NCBI GenBank assembly: GCA_964654765.1
Contig: CAZZKY010000074.1
Span: forward strand, 1 to 62,477
From: an uncultured bacterium
GTDB lineage: Bacteria; Hydrothermota; Hydrothermia; UBA1063
Length of the DNA: 62,477 bases
Reading direction: 5' to 3'
A program made the position numbers and the translations under genes. The notes under the pieces were generated by a model. It searched no databases, was not told the DNA's origin, and worked only from the letters and a program-made list of their open reading frames with translations. Positions 27,741-37,108 of this stretch are shown piece after piece. Within the stretch, counting starts at the first letter, position 1; every line of letters begins with the position of its first letter.

Positions 27741-28956
27741 TAAAAACCTCCCCGTTTTTTTCAAAGGGTTTCAAAACCCTCTCCAAAACTCCCTGGACTT
27801 TACAAATAGTTACACCGTAGTTTGTTATTGGTACGCCTCTTCTCAAACACTCCCTTATTTTACTTCTCATTTCAGAAGGATTCAACATGCAAGCACCACA
27901 ATGAATAACAAGCTTATAATCTTCAAGGTTATCAGGAAAATCGCTACCTGAAACCACATCAAATTTTATATCCTTTCCAGTATATTGAGTTATCCAGCGC
28001 GGTATCTTAACCCTTCCGATATCATCAGCCTGTACATGGTGAGAGCAGGCTTCAGAAATTAAAACCTTGTCGCCATCTTTCAGTTTGTCAATCTGTTTAA
28101 GTCCATCCACCAATGTTTTAAGGTCGCCACTCTTGTACCGGGCAAAAAGTATGGAAAAAGTGGTAAGAGAAATGTCCTTCGGTACATCACCAGCAACCTT
28201 CAAAATTACTTGAGAATCAGTAATTACAAGCGCAGGCTTCTTATTGAGCGAGCGCAGGGCTTCTTCCAGTTCCCGCTCCTTAACGATAATACCGATAGCA
28301 TCATTGTCAAGAATATCCCTTAAAACCTGTACTTGTGGGAGAATAAGCCTGCCTTTAGGAGCCGCAAGGTCTATCGGAACGACGAGAATAACTATGTCTC
28401 CTCCCTTTATAAGGTCCCCAACCAGCACCTGCTCCCTTTTCAAATAATCAGGCGCGAGTTTGATAATCAGTTCTTTCAGCTTCAATACACCGTCACCGTT
28501 TTTTGCCGAGACAGAAACAAAGTGTATACTCTTTGAAGTACAAAAATTTATGTCCTCTTGACGTGGTGCACTTAGATCCCTCTTGTTAAAAACGAGAATA
28601 AACGGAATCTTCTTTTCCTCAAGTTCTTTTATAATTTTGAACTCTTCCTCACCCAATCCTCTTTCATCTGTAACGAGAAGAGCTAAATCGGCTTTCATTA
28701 AAACTTTCCTGGTAGCTTTAATCCTCATTTCACCCAATTCGCCGACATCGTCGAGCCCAGCAGTATCGTAGAAAGTAACAGGACCCAAGGGCAGAAGCTC
28801 ATAATGTTTATCCACAGGATCAGTTGTAGTACCTGGAATATCCGAAACAAGGGCAATCTCCTGACCCACCAAGGCATTTATCAAACTTGATTTACCAACA
28901 TTTCTTCTGCCCAGTAATACGATTATCAATCTCTCTCCCTTAGGAGCCTTTTGCAT
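27733..28956 (-). CDS. hydF: [FeFe]-hydrogenase H-cluster maturation GTPase HydF
   Basis: Start at ATG 28956 (AGGAGG SD). G1 GRRNVGKSSLINAL, DIPGTTTDPV, DTAGLDD, NKRD. C-terminal cluster motif EACSHH...IHCGACM. Confidence 0.9.
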   Translation of the reverse strand: MQKAPKGERLIIVLLGRRNVGKSSLINALVGQEIALVSDIPGTTTDPVDKHYELLPLGPVTFYDTAGLDDVGELGEMRIKATRKVLMKADLALLVTDERGLGEEEFKIIKELEEKKIPFILVFNKRDLSAPRQEDINFCTSKSIHFVSVSAKNGDGVLKLKELIIKLAPDYLKREQVLVGDLIKGGDIVILVVPIDLAAPKGRLILPQVQVLRDILDNDAIGIIVKERELEEALRSLNKKPALVITDSQVILKVAGDVPKDISLTTFSILFARYKSGDLKTLVDGLKQIDKLKDGDKVLISEACSHHVQADDIGRVKIPRWITQYTGKDIKFDVVSGSDFPDNLEDYKLVIHCGACMLNPSEMRSKIRECLRRGVPITNYGVTICKVQGVLERVLKPFEKNGEVFNE

Positions 28957-30001
28957 AAAACCTCCTGGGTGAATAGCCCTTAGAAATCTCAACCATTAAA
29001 TTGCATGATTCCACAATCTGTCTCAAGTAATTGACCTCCTCTATTGTACAGGCACATCTAACGTTCTTGCCAGGATAGATATTGTATAATACCCTTACAT
29101 CTGAGGGCGTAATAGAGGGCATTAATACATTGGCACCTACCAAAAGGCCGGCAGCTCGCCAATCTAAGAATGTCAAACCCAACAAATCTTTTAAGGACTC
29201 TGAAAACTCACTGTAATCGTTAATTGAGGCAAGGGCACTGGTAGATGGGATATTCGCATATGGATTCAATATTCTCAATATAGCTATGCATCTCAATGTA
29301 ATGAGTGGGCTTCCAGCTGGATAGTTTCCAAGTGGGGTATTGGGGTGTGGAATAAACGGGCCAACAGCGATCATCTCCAACTCAAGTTCTGTCAACCTCA
29401 TTAAATCCATAGCTAAGCTTTCAATCGACTGCCCTGGTAGTCCCACAATAATTCCAGAACCCGCCTCATAGCCGAGTTCTTTAAGCCAGTAAATCATTTT
29501 AATTCTTTCTTCCAAACTCCTTCCTGGACGGTATTTCCTATAAAGCTCCGGGTCAAATGTCTCAACTTTTATTAGATACCTCTCCGCACCTGCTTCTCTC
29601 CATTCTACAAGATCTTCGTAACTTCGCTCTCCCAAGGACAAAGTTACTACAACATCAACACGCGAGAGTATCTCTCTAATTAACTTGGAGATCTTGTCCT
29701 TTTTATAAAAGTAATCGTTTCCAGACTGTAAAACTATTGTTCTAAGACCTTCAAAATACCCTATTTCAGCAACCTCTAAAATCTTTTCAAAGGGAATTCT
29801 GTATCTTTCTAACTTCCTATTCTCACATCTCAATCCACAGTATAAGCAATTATCATGGCAGTAATTAGAAAACTCGATAACACCCCTCATGAACACAGAT
29901 TTGCCGAATACTCTCTCCTTTATTCTGCCTGCTTCAGAAAAGAGCCATTTATCGTCTTTTCCAGACAACAATTCCTTAACCTCTTTAAGACTTAAACTCA
30001 T
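28940..30001 (-). CDS. hydE: [FeFe]-hydrogenase H-cluster radical SAM maturase HydE
   Basis: Radical SAM CHDNCLYCGLR, BioB-like fold, located between aspA and hydF. GGAGGAGG SD. Confidence 0.85.
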   Translation of the reverse strand: MSLSLKEVKELLSGKDDKWLFSEAGRIKERVFGKSVFMRGVIEFSNYCHDNCLYCGLRCENRKLERYRIPFEKILEVAEIGYFEGLRTIVLQSGNDYFYKKDKISKLIREILSRVDVVVTLSLGERSYEDLVEWREAGAERYLIKVETFDPELYRKYRPGRSLEERIKMIYWLKELGYEAGSGIIVGLPGQSIESLAMDLMRLTELELEMIAVGPFIPHPNTPLGNYPAGSPLITLRCIAILRILNPYANIPSTSALASINDYSEFSESLKDLLGLTFLDWRAAGLLVGANVLMPSITPSDVRVLYNIYPGKNVRCACTIEEVNYLRQIVESCNLMVEISKGYSPRRFYAKGS

Positions 30002-31397
30002 TAAGATCCTCCTCCGTAAATCCGAGTTTGTACATCCTTTTAGGGCTTAAGAGATCCCTTACTTTTTTTTCGTCCATAAGCTTATCTTGTATTAACACAT
30101 CAATAACAGTGCAACCCCGCCTTTTCGCCTCTTCGACGATCTCCTTTACCTTCTCGTATCCAAAAATTGGAACCAGAACTGTAGCAATGGTCTTACTTTT
30201 TTCAACATATTCTCTGCATTTTGTTTCATCTGGGGTGATTCCCTCTACACACCTTTCAGCAAAAACTCTGGTAATGTTTTTAAGAATCATAAGACTTTCA
30301 AGCATGGAATAGGTTAAAATAGGATGAAACTGGTTGAGTTCCAGCTGTCCGAGTCCCGCCGCGTAACTCACAATTTCGTCATTGGCTATCACCCTCAGAG
30401 AAACTTGGCCTACAGCTTCGGGAATAACAGGATTCACCTTACCGGGCATTATAGTAGAACCAGGCTGAACAGCAGGTAGTCTTATTTCTCCGATTCCACC
30501 ATCCGGACCGCTGCTTAAGAATCTCAGATCACTGGAAATTTTTAGAAGGTTTACTGCATAAGCCTTTAAAAGCCCAGAAACCTCTACATATGAATCAAGA
30601 TTCTGAGTAGCATCCACCAAATTCTCAGAGCGTGCAATATTAAGCCCAGTTAAATCCCTTAAAACATCTGTAACCCTGAAGATATAGTCTCTGGGTGCTC
30701 CAAGTCCAGTACCAACGGCAGTTCCTCCAAGGTTTACAACTTTTATGCGTTCCCGTGCCTTAAAGATCCTCCACCTATCTCTTGCAATTGCCTCTGCGTA
30801 AGCACTAAACTCCATACCTAAGGTAATAGGGACTGCATCTTGAAGCTCCGTTCTTCCAAGTTTAACTATGTTCCGAAACTCACTTTCCTTTTTTTGAAAG
30901 ACTTCTTGCAAACGGGCAATCTCTGCTTCCAGTTCTTTAAGCTCGAAGAGGATCGCAACCTTTGAGGCAGTGGGAAAGACATCGTTTGTGGACTGATGTT
31001 TGTTTACGTGTTCAAGAGGATGAACATAATCATACTCTCCTTTTCTTTTACCTAAAAGTTCAAGGGCCCTATTGGCGATAACTTCATTGAAATTCATATT
31101 AGTCGACGTTCCAGCACCTCCTTGAAATGGATCAACCACTATCTGATCGTGCAATTTACCATCGATAAGTTCATCGCAGGCCTTGACGATCGCATTTCCC
31201 CTATCTCTGTCAAGGTAACCGAGCTCCATATTGACAAGAGTACATGCCTTTTTAACCAAAGCAAAACTTTTTATAAATATAGAAGGCCAGCGAAAACCCG
31301 AAATGGGAAAATTTTCCAATGCTCTCAGAGTCTGAATACCGTAATAAACATCGTCGGCTAAAACTCTTTCACCAAGAAGGTCACGTTCGACTCTCAT
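29985..31397 (-). CDS. aspA: Aspartate ammonia-lyase (class II fumarase/aspartase superfamily)
   Basis: Signature GSTIMPGKVNPVIPE (aspartase-type NPV(I/V)PE), TNMNFNEVIAN, HQSTNDVFPT. 470 aa. Confidence 0.85.
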   Translation of the reverse strand: MRVERDLLGERVLADDVYYGIQTLRALENFPISGFRWPSIFIKSFALVKKACTLVNMELGYLDRDRGNAIVKACDELIDGKLHDQIVVDPFQGGAGTSTNMNFNEVIANRALELLGKRKGEYDYVHPLEHVNKHQSTNDVFPTASKVAILFELKELEAEIARLQEVFQKKESEFRNIVKLGRTELQDAVPITLGMEFSAYAEAIARDRWRIFKARERIKVVNLGGTAVGTGLGAPRDYIFRVTDVLRDLTGLNIARSENLVDATQNLDSYVEVSGLLKAYAVNLLKISSDLRFLSSGPDGGIGEIRLPAVQPGSTIMPGKVNPVIPEAVGQVSLRVIANDEIVSYAAGLGQLELNQFHPILTYSMLESLMILKNITRVFAERCVEGITPDETKCREYVEKSKTIATVLVPIFGYEKVKEIVEEAKRRGCTVIDVLIQDKLMDEKKVRDLLSPKRMYKLGFTEEDLNEFKS

Positions 31398-31653
31398 ACA
31401 ACATCTCCCTAAGTTTCGTTCTGATCAATTCCCAATCCTTTCTTAATAAGGTTTCATCCTCGCAAAAAAGTGCAAAATTATTGTCTATTTCAAGGAAACA
31501 GGGAGGAGAAGTTAGTTCGGGCTCAAACCCAATATAAAAGGACCAGCGCCTGCCCAACCTCTTTGAGATCCAAATACCCCCAGTCTGATACTTCCCTTTG
31601 ATCTCCTTTAAAAAGTCAAGCATGACATCAGAAGAAAAGGTCTCTCTCTCCAT
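31381..31653 (-). CDS. Unknown 90-aa protein embedded between hydG and aspA
   Basis: Fills the only gap in the maturase string. The ATG is preceded by AAGAGG inside the hydG 3' end. Overlaps hydG by 26 nt and aspA by 17 nt. No motif recognised. Confidence 0.45.
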   Translation of the reverse strand: MERETFSSDVMLDFLKEIKGKYQTGGIWISKRLGRRWSFYIGFEPELTSPPCFLEIDNNFALFCEDETLLRKDWELIRTKLREMLYESRT

Positions 31654-33112
31654 TTTCCAGCCTCTTCAAATATTCGAGAACCTTATCGTAGGCTCTGGGC
31701 ATTTTTTCTTTTATCTCCATAAGCTCTTTTTCGATTAGCCTCTCACCTATAGCTCGAGTCTCATCAGAGGCAAAGTCAAGAAGCCACTCTTTAAAGGTTA
31801 GAACAGCATTTAATTTACAGAACTGTCCTTCTTTTCCAGTTCTTAAAAGTTTCATTATAAGGTCGCCGGTACGCCCACATCTATATCCCGCTGTACAAAA
31901 GGAAGTAATGTAACCAAATTTTGCCAAATCTCTGATAAGCTCATCAAGGCTCCTGGTATCTCCTATTAAGAACTGCTGCCTTTCCAGTTCTTGTTCTGTG
32001 TAGCGGTCACTGTAAGCTCCTATGCCTATTTTCGTTGATGCGTCCATCTGGGTAATTCCATAATGCACAAGTTTATCCCTTATCTCCTTGGGTTCCCTTG
32101 CCGTTAGAATCATTCCAGCGTAAGGTATGGCGAGCCTTAAGACCAGTATCACCTTCTCAAAGTCTTTGTCGCTAACTTTGTACTTCGTCTCCTGAACAAA
32201 GGGTGTGTTCGCAGCTGGCTCGAGTCGAGGGAAAGAAACCGTGTGTGGTCCCACACCGAACTTTTTTTCAAGTTCCCTTGCATGATAAAGAAGCCCCATA
32301 ACCTCAAATCTCCAGTCATATAGTCCAAAAAGAGCACCTATCCCAACATCGTCCACTCCTGCCTCTAATGCACGGTGCATAGAGTACAATCTCCAGCGGT
32401 AATTGCCCTTTATAGTTTCTTTCGGGTGAACCATTTCATAGGTCTCGTGATGGTACGTTTCTTGAAAGACCTGGTAGGTTCCAATTCCTACTTCCACAAG
32501 TCTTTTCAATTCCTCTATTTGAAGAGGAGGCGCATTGACGTTACACCTTCTAATCTGACCATAACCGTTCCTTACCTTCACCTTTACATCGTAAATAAGC
32601 TGCAGACTCCTTTCGATATAATCAACGTTCATAGTAGGATGCTCACCGTATACTGTAATTAGCCGTTTGTGTCCGATCTCCCCTGCTAATACCTCAACTT
32701 CCCTTTTAATCTCCTCTTCCGTAAGGACCTTCCTTTTTATAACTCTATTACCTCTTCTAAAACCACAATAAAGGCAGTTATTGACACAGTAATTCCCTAA
32801 ATAAAGAGGAGCGAAAGTAACTATCCTGTTGTCGTAAACTTTTTTCTTTATTTTATGCGCTACCTGCCTCATCTCCTCTATAAGGTCCTCATCCTCAACG
32901 TTTATAAGGGCCGCCGTCTCATCAGGAGTTAAGGTTTCGATTCGCAAAGCCTTATCAAAAATTTCCTTAATCCAGTTCTTATCCGGATTCTTGTGACGAT
33001 TTATTTTTTCCCAGATCTCTTCGTCGTTAATAAAATCTCTACCATCTTCAAGATATTTCTCAATTTCATCTTCTTTAATCCTATTTTTGACCCAACTTTC
33101 AACTTGTAACAT
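31628..33112 (-). CDS. hydG: [FeFe]-hydrogenase H-cluster radical SAM maturase HydG (tyrosine lyase)
   Basis: Radical SAM CVNNCLYCGF. ThiH-like core. C-terminal auxiliary cluster region SFCTAGYRCGRTG...C. Confidence 0.9.
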   Translation of the reverse strand: MLQVESWVKNRIKEDEIEKYLEDGRDFINDEEIWEKINRHKNPDKNWIKEIFDKALRIETLTPDETAALINVEDEDLIEEMRQVAHKIKKKVYDNRIVTFAPLYLGNYCVNNCLYCGFRRGNRVIKRKVLTEEEIKREVEVLAGEIGHKRLITVYGEHPTMNVDYIERSLQLIYDVKVKVRNGYGQIRRCNVNAPPLQIEELKRLVEVGIGTYQVFQETYHHETYEMVHPKETIKGNYRWRLYSMHRALEAGVDDVGIGALFGLYDWRFEVMGLLYHARELEKKFGVGPHTVSFPRLEPAANTPFVQETKYKVSDKDFEKVILVLRLAIPYAGMILTAREPKEIRDKLVHYGITQMDASTKIGIGAYSDRYTEQELERQQFLIGDTRSLDELIRDLAKFGYITSFCTAGYRCGRTGDLIMKLLRTGKEGQFCKLNAVLTFKEWLLDFASDETRAIGERLIEKELMEIKEKMPRAYDKVLEYLKRLENGERDLFF

Positions 33113-33123
33113 TGTTTCACCCC

Positions 33124-33384
33124 CTAAATTTCTTTTTTTAAAAGGGTTTTTACCTGAACCCCTTTTATTTTCCCAATTTTGCCTGTAAAAGCACCAAGTT
33201 CGTCGGTATTCCCCTTAAAAAGGAGAACAATAACGGTAGCTTCTGGAACGTTAAAACCGGCCCTTCCAAGAATTTTTGAAGAATAGGCGGAAATAATTTC
33301 CTGGAGAGGCTTTACAGCCTCTTTATTGTTTACAAAAATACCTATTAAACCTAATCTATCCGAATTTTCGCTTAGTTTTTCCAT
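33124..33384 (-). CDS. TM1266-like small ACT/NikR-C-like protein (putative iron-only hydrogenase system regulator), copy 1
   Basis: 86 aa directly upstream of hydG. The pattern LIGIFVNN...LQEIISAYSSKILGRAGFNV...VIVLLFKGNTDELGAFTGKIGKIKGVQVK fits my recollection of the TM1266 family. Confidence 0.55.
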   Translation of the reverse strand: MEKLSENSDRLGLIGIFVNNKEAVKPLQEIISAYSSKILGRAGFNVPEATVIVLLFKGNTDELGAFTGKIGKIKGVQVKTLLKKEI

Positions 33385-33445
33385 TTTCCCCTCCTTGGTT
33401 CAGGTATTCCCCTCCCCTCAGAGTAGGGAAGAAGCGGTCTACTCT

Positions 33446-33694
33446 TTATAGACTGCTAATTCCCACTCTTACTTCCGGAACTTCCTTTTTTATAGTTTCC
33501 ACAAGTTCTAACGCCTTTTCCTCTGCTCCTAAAAATATCACTGATATGATAAAAAATCTCGCACATTTAGATGGTAGTCCAATTCTTCCATAAATGTAGT
33601 CCGAGTAGCGATGAAGAATGTCCTGTATCTTTAAAGCATAAGCGTTGTCCGTCATTGCAATTGTTATGGTGTTTATTCCCCATTTGTCACTCAT
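33446..33694 (-). CDS. TM1266-like small ACT-like protein, divergent copy 2
   Basis: 82 aa with the same layout: ITIAMTDN...IQDILHRYSDYIYGRIGLPS...ISVIFLGAEEKALELVETIKKEVPEVRV. AAGGAGG SD. Confidence 0.45.
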   Translation of the reverse strand: MSDKWGINTITIAMTDNAYALKIQDILHRYSDYIYGRIGLPSKCARFFIISVIFLGAEEKALELVETIKKEVPEVRVGISSL

Positions 33695-33705
33695 AATTCA
33701 CCTCC

Positions 33706-35496
33706 TTAATGATGTCCAACATGTTTTTCTGTTACAGCCTCGAGTGTGCATCCAGTTTGATCACAACGTTTGTAATAATAAGTGTGAAGTAACCTATGTG
33801 CAACTTCAGAACCTGGCTTACCAAGGAACTTTTCATAAACTCTCTTTATAGCTGGATTCTCATGGGATCTGCGGATCGGTAAAGATTTATCTTCTTTGTA
33901 CAATCCCTCACCTCTTCTGGCCCTCATTGCAAAGGTGCTTCCCTTAGGCTGTCCACCGCCACCCACGCAGCCACCTGGACATGCCATAATTTCGATGAAT
34001 GCATATTCGCTCTTTCCAGTCTCTTCTATTTGCTTTCTTACTTTGGTCAAAAGTTCTCTTGCATTTCCAAGACCATGGGCAACAGCAACTTTAACCTTAA
34101 GCCCATTTATGTCAAGCTCCGCCTCTTTAATTCCCGCCATCCCTCTCACAGCGGTTACATCAAGATTTTCAAGCTCCTTACCTGTAATCATCCAGTATGC
34201 GGTTCTAACTGCAGCCTCCATCACTCCACCAGTCGCCCCGAAGATAGTCGCAGCACCGGAGTACATTCCCATCAGCTCATCGGGCTTCTCATCCGGCAGT
34301 TCTTTCAGATCTATACCGGCGGACTTCAGCATCCTCACAAACTCCCTCGTTGTGAGAACGTAGTCCACATCTTGATAACCGGAATCTCTCATCTCCGGCC
34401 TTCTCGCTTCAAACTTTTTGGCAGTGCACGGCATTATTGAAACACTGACGATTTTTGAAGGATCAATACCTGCTTCTTTAGCGAAATAAGTCTTTGCAAG
34501 GGCGCCGAACATCTGTTGAGGAGATTTACAGGTTGAAACGTGCTCTGCAAGATCGGGGAAGAAGGTTTCCATAAATTTAATCCAACCAGGAGAACAAGAG
34601 GTAATAAGAGGTAATGGTTTTCCGGTTTTAATCCTTTCAACAAGCTCGTTGGCCTCTTCCATAATTGTTAAATCTGCTGCAAAGTTCGTATCGAATACGT
34701 AATCAAAACCGAGCTTCCTTAAAGCAGCATACATCTTTCCAACGGTAACTGTTCCAATCTCCATACCGAATTCCTCACCCAACGTAGCCCTTATAGAGGG
34801 AGCCTCCTGAACTACAACAACTTTGTCTGGGTCAAGAAGTGCGTCCCACACAAGGTCAATTTCACTTCTTTCACTGAGGGCACCAGTGGGACAAAAGACA
34901 GTGCATTGTCCACAATTCACGCAAGGGCTATTCCCAAGTCCCTGGGAGAAAAATGTGTCTACCTCTGCTTCAAATCCTCTATTCGCTATAGTTATAGCAG
35001 AAACTGTTTGTAATTCATTGCAAACAATAACACATCTACCGCAAAGAATACACTTATTGGGGTCTTTAACAATAGATATACTTGTTTCATCGATTGGTTT
35101 CCTCTCAAGTATTGCCGGGAGTCCGTTCATATCCACACCGAGATAGTTTGCCAAGGACTGAAGTTCGCACTTCTCGTTGGCAGGGCAGGTTGGACAGGTA
35201 ACATCATGATCAGAAAGTAAGAGCTGAACAATTGTCTTTCTCACTTCTCTAAGAGCCTTCGAGTTTGTAGTGACTTTCATTCCTGGAGCAACGGGTGTAC
35301 AGCAGGATCTCTTTGGCGTTGGAGAGCCTTCTATCTCAACAACACAAACGCCACAAGCACCGGTGGGTGGAAGATCAGGATGGTAGCACAAGGTAGGAAT
35401 GTGAATTCCTGCTTTTTTGGCAGCTTCTAAGATAGTTGAACCTTGTTCAACTTCTACTTCTCTACCATCTATAAATAATTTAACCATTTCTGCCAT
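33706..35496 (-). CDS. hydA: [FeFe]-hydrogenase catalytic subunit HydA (M3-type with NuoG-like N-terminus and C-terminal SSU-like tail)
   Basis: Start ATG 35496, 8 nt after GGAGG. [2Fe-2S] CYHPDLPPTGACGVC; HDVTCPTCPANEKC; two 4Fe-4S motifs. H-cluster motifs TSCSPGW (variant), MPCTAKKFE, EIMACPGGCVGGGGQP. Confidence 0.9.
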   Translation of the reverse strand: MAEMVKLFIDGREVEVEQGSTILEAAKKAGIHIPTLCYHPDLPPTGACGVCVVEIEGSPTPKRSCCTPVAPGMKVTTNSKALREVRKTIVQLLLSDHDVTCPTCPANEKCELQSLANYLGVDMNGLPAILERKPIDETSISIVKDPNKCILCGRCVIVCNELQTVSAITIANRGFEAEVDTFFSQGLGNSPCVNCGQCTVFCPTGALSERSEIDLVWDALLDPDKVVVVQEAPSIRATLGEEFGMEIGTVTVGKMYAALRKLGFDYVFDTNFAADLTIMEEANELVERIKTGKPLPLITSCSPGWIKFMETFFPDLAEHVSTCKSPQQMFGALAKTYFAKEAGIDPSKIVSVSIMPCTAKKFEARRPEMRDSGYQDVDYVLTTREFVRMLKSAGIDLKELPDEKPDELMGMYSGAATIFGATGGVMEAAVRTAYWMITGKELENLDVTAVRGMAGIKEAELDINGLKVKVAVAHGLGNARELLTKVRKQIEETGKSEYAFIEIMACPGGCVGGGGQPKGSTFAMRARRGEGLYKEDKSLPIRRSHENPAIKRVYEKFLGKPGSEVAHRLLHTYYYKRCDQTGCTLEAVTEKHVGHH

Positions 35497-35500
35497 AAAA

Positions 35501-37108
35501 TTACCTCCTACATTTTTCACACTTATAATTTTTATCAAGGTGTGCTAAGAAATCTTCTCTGAAGTTTTCAATTGCACTTTTTACTGGCATAACCAGAGAC
35601 TGCCCAAGTGGGCAGAAGGATGATTTAAACATCGCCTCGGAGAGGCTGATCATTTTGTCTAAGTCTTCTTCCTTTGCCTCTCCTTCCCTGACTTTATTAA
35701 TTAGAGCATAAAGTTCGTAAGTGCCGATCCTACAGGGGGTGCATTGACCGCACGATTCATGTTTGAAGAACCTTATTATGGAAAAGAGCATATCCACCAT
35801 ACAGGTATCTTCGTTCATAACGAGAATCGCACCAGAACCAAGAACCGCACTATACTGCTTTAGGTTATCAAAGTCCATTCTCACGGATAGTAAACTCTCG
35901 GGTAGAAAAACACCCGCTGCACCACCCACAAGCGCAGCCTTAAATCTCTTGCCATCCTTTATTCCACCACCGTAATTGAAGATTATGTCTCTTAGGGGAG
36001 TTCCCATCTCCACTTCTATAAGCCCAGGGTAAACTACATGTCCAAGAATTGTGAAGACTTTGGTCCCCGGGCATTTTTCTGTACCCATTGTCCTGTACCA
36101 TTCGGCACCGTTTTTGATTATGGACGGAACATTAGCAAGAGTCTCTACATTGTTAACTACCGTAGGTTTCATCCATAAACCATGAGTAACCGGATAAGGA
36201 GGCTTGTTACGCGGTTGACCCCTCTTTCCTTCAAGAGATTCAATGAGGGCCGTTTCCTCACCACATACGTAAGCACCAGCACCTTTCTTTATTTCCAAGT
36301 CGAAATTCACATTGGTCCCAAGAATATTTTTACCAAGGATGTTATAACTGTATGCATCCTGAATGGCTTTCTGCAATCTCCTTATGGAAAGTTCGTACTC
36401 TCCTCTTACATATATGTACCCCTTCTCAGCACCAATCGCATAACCGGCAATAATCATTCCCTCAATCAACTTGTGAGGATCGCCTTCAAGGATCAACCTA
36501 TCCTTAAATGTTCCGGGTTCGCCTTCATCAGCATTACAAATTACAAACTTCTCGTCCCCTGGAGCCTTCTTAGCGGATTCCCACTTAATTCCCGTTGGAA
36601 AGCCCGCTCCTCCTCTACCCCTCAAACCAGATTTCTTAATCTCCTCAATTACATCTTCTGGCTTCATCGAAGAGAGAACCTTTTCTAACGCTTCATAACC
36701 ACCAGCGGCGATATAATCGTCTATGTTTTCAGGATCTATAATGCCCACGTTTTCGAGAACAACCCTTTTCTGTTCCCTTGTGAGGCCAACTTTTTCTTTT
36801 TTCACAAATCTTGCAGGTACTTCACCAAGAAGTAAATCCTTAACTGGTCTTCCCTTCAAGAAGTGTTCCTCAACAATTCTCGGTATATCAGTGACCTTCA
36901 AATTAGCATAGTAAATACCTTCAGGGTAAACTACCATCAGAATGCCTTTTCCCGTAATCCCAATCGATCCAGTCTCTAAAACTTTAATCTCCTCTTCCAG
37001 ATTCCTCTTTCTCAGTTCTTCAAGAAGGGCCTTTTGAAACTCCATTACACCCGCAAGAACCGTATCAGGGTCCACAGGCAGGAGAACATGCATTCTTGCT
37101 ATCTTCAT
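35501..37108 (-). CDS. NuoF-like FMN/NAD(P)H diaphorase subunit, paralogue 2 (Cys-less N-terminal Trx-like domain)
   Basis: [13 protein letters not shown] (FMN), NADEGEPGTFKDR, ESCGQCTPCR...C (N3 cluster). The first ~190 aa contain no Cys. Ends ...KCEKCRR with no C-terminal 2x[4Fe-4S] domain. Confidence 0.85.
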   Translation of the reverse strand: MKIARMHVLLPVDPDTVLAGVMEFQKALLEELRKRNLEEEIKVLETGSIGITGKGILMVVYPEGIYYANLKVTDIPRIVEEHFLKGRPVKDLLLGEVPARFVKKEKVGLTREQKRVVLENVGIIDPENIDDYIAAGGYEALEKVLSSMKPEDVIEEIKKSGLRGRGGAGFPTGIKWESAKKAPGDEKFVICNADEGEPGTFKDRLILEGDPHKLIEGMIIAGYAIGAEKGYIYVRGEYELSIRRLQKAIQDAYSYNILGKNILGTNVNFDLEIKKGAGAYVCGEETALIESLEGKRGQPRNKPPYPVTHGLWMKPTVVNNVETLANVPSIIKNGAEWYRTMGTEKCPGTKVFTILGHVVYPGLIEVEMGTPLRDIIFNYGGGIKDGKRFKAALVGGAAGVFLPESLLSVRMDFDNLKQYSAVLGSGAILVMNEDTCMVDMLFSIIRFFKHESCGQCTPCRIGTYELYALINKVREGEAKEEDLDKMISLSEAMFKSSFCPLGQSLVMPVKSAIENFREDFLAHLDKNYKCEKCRR

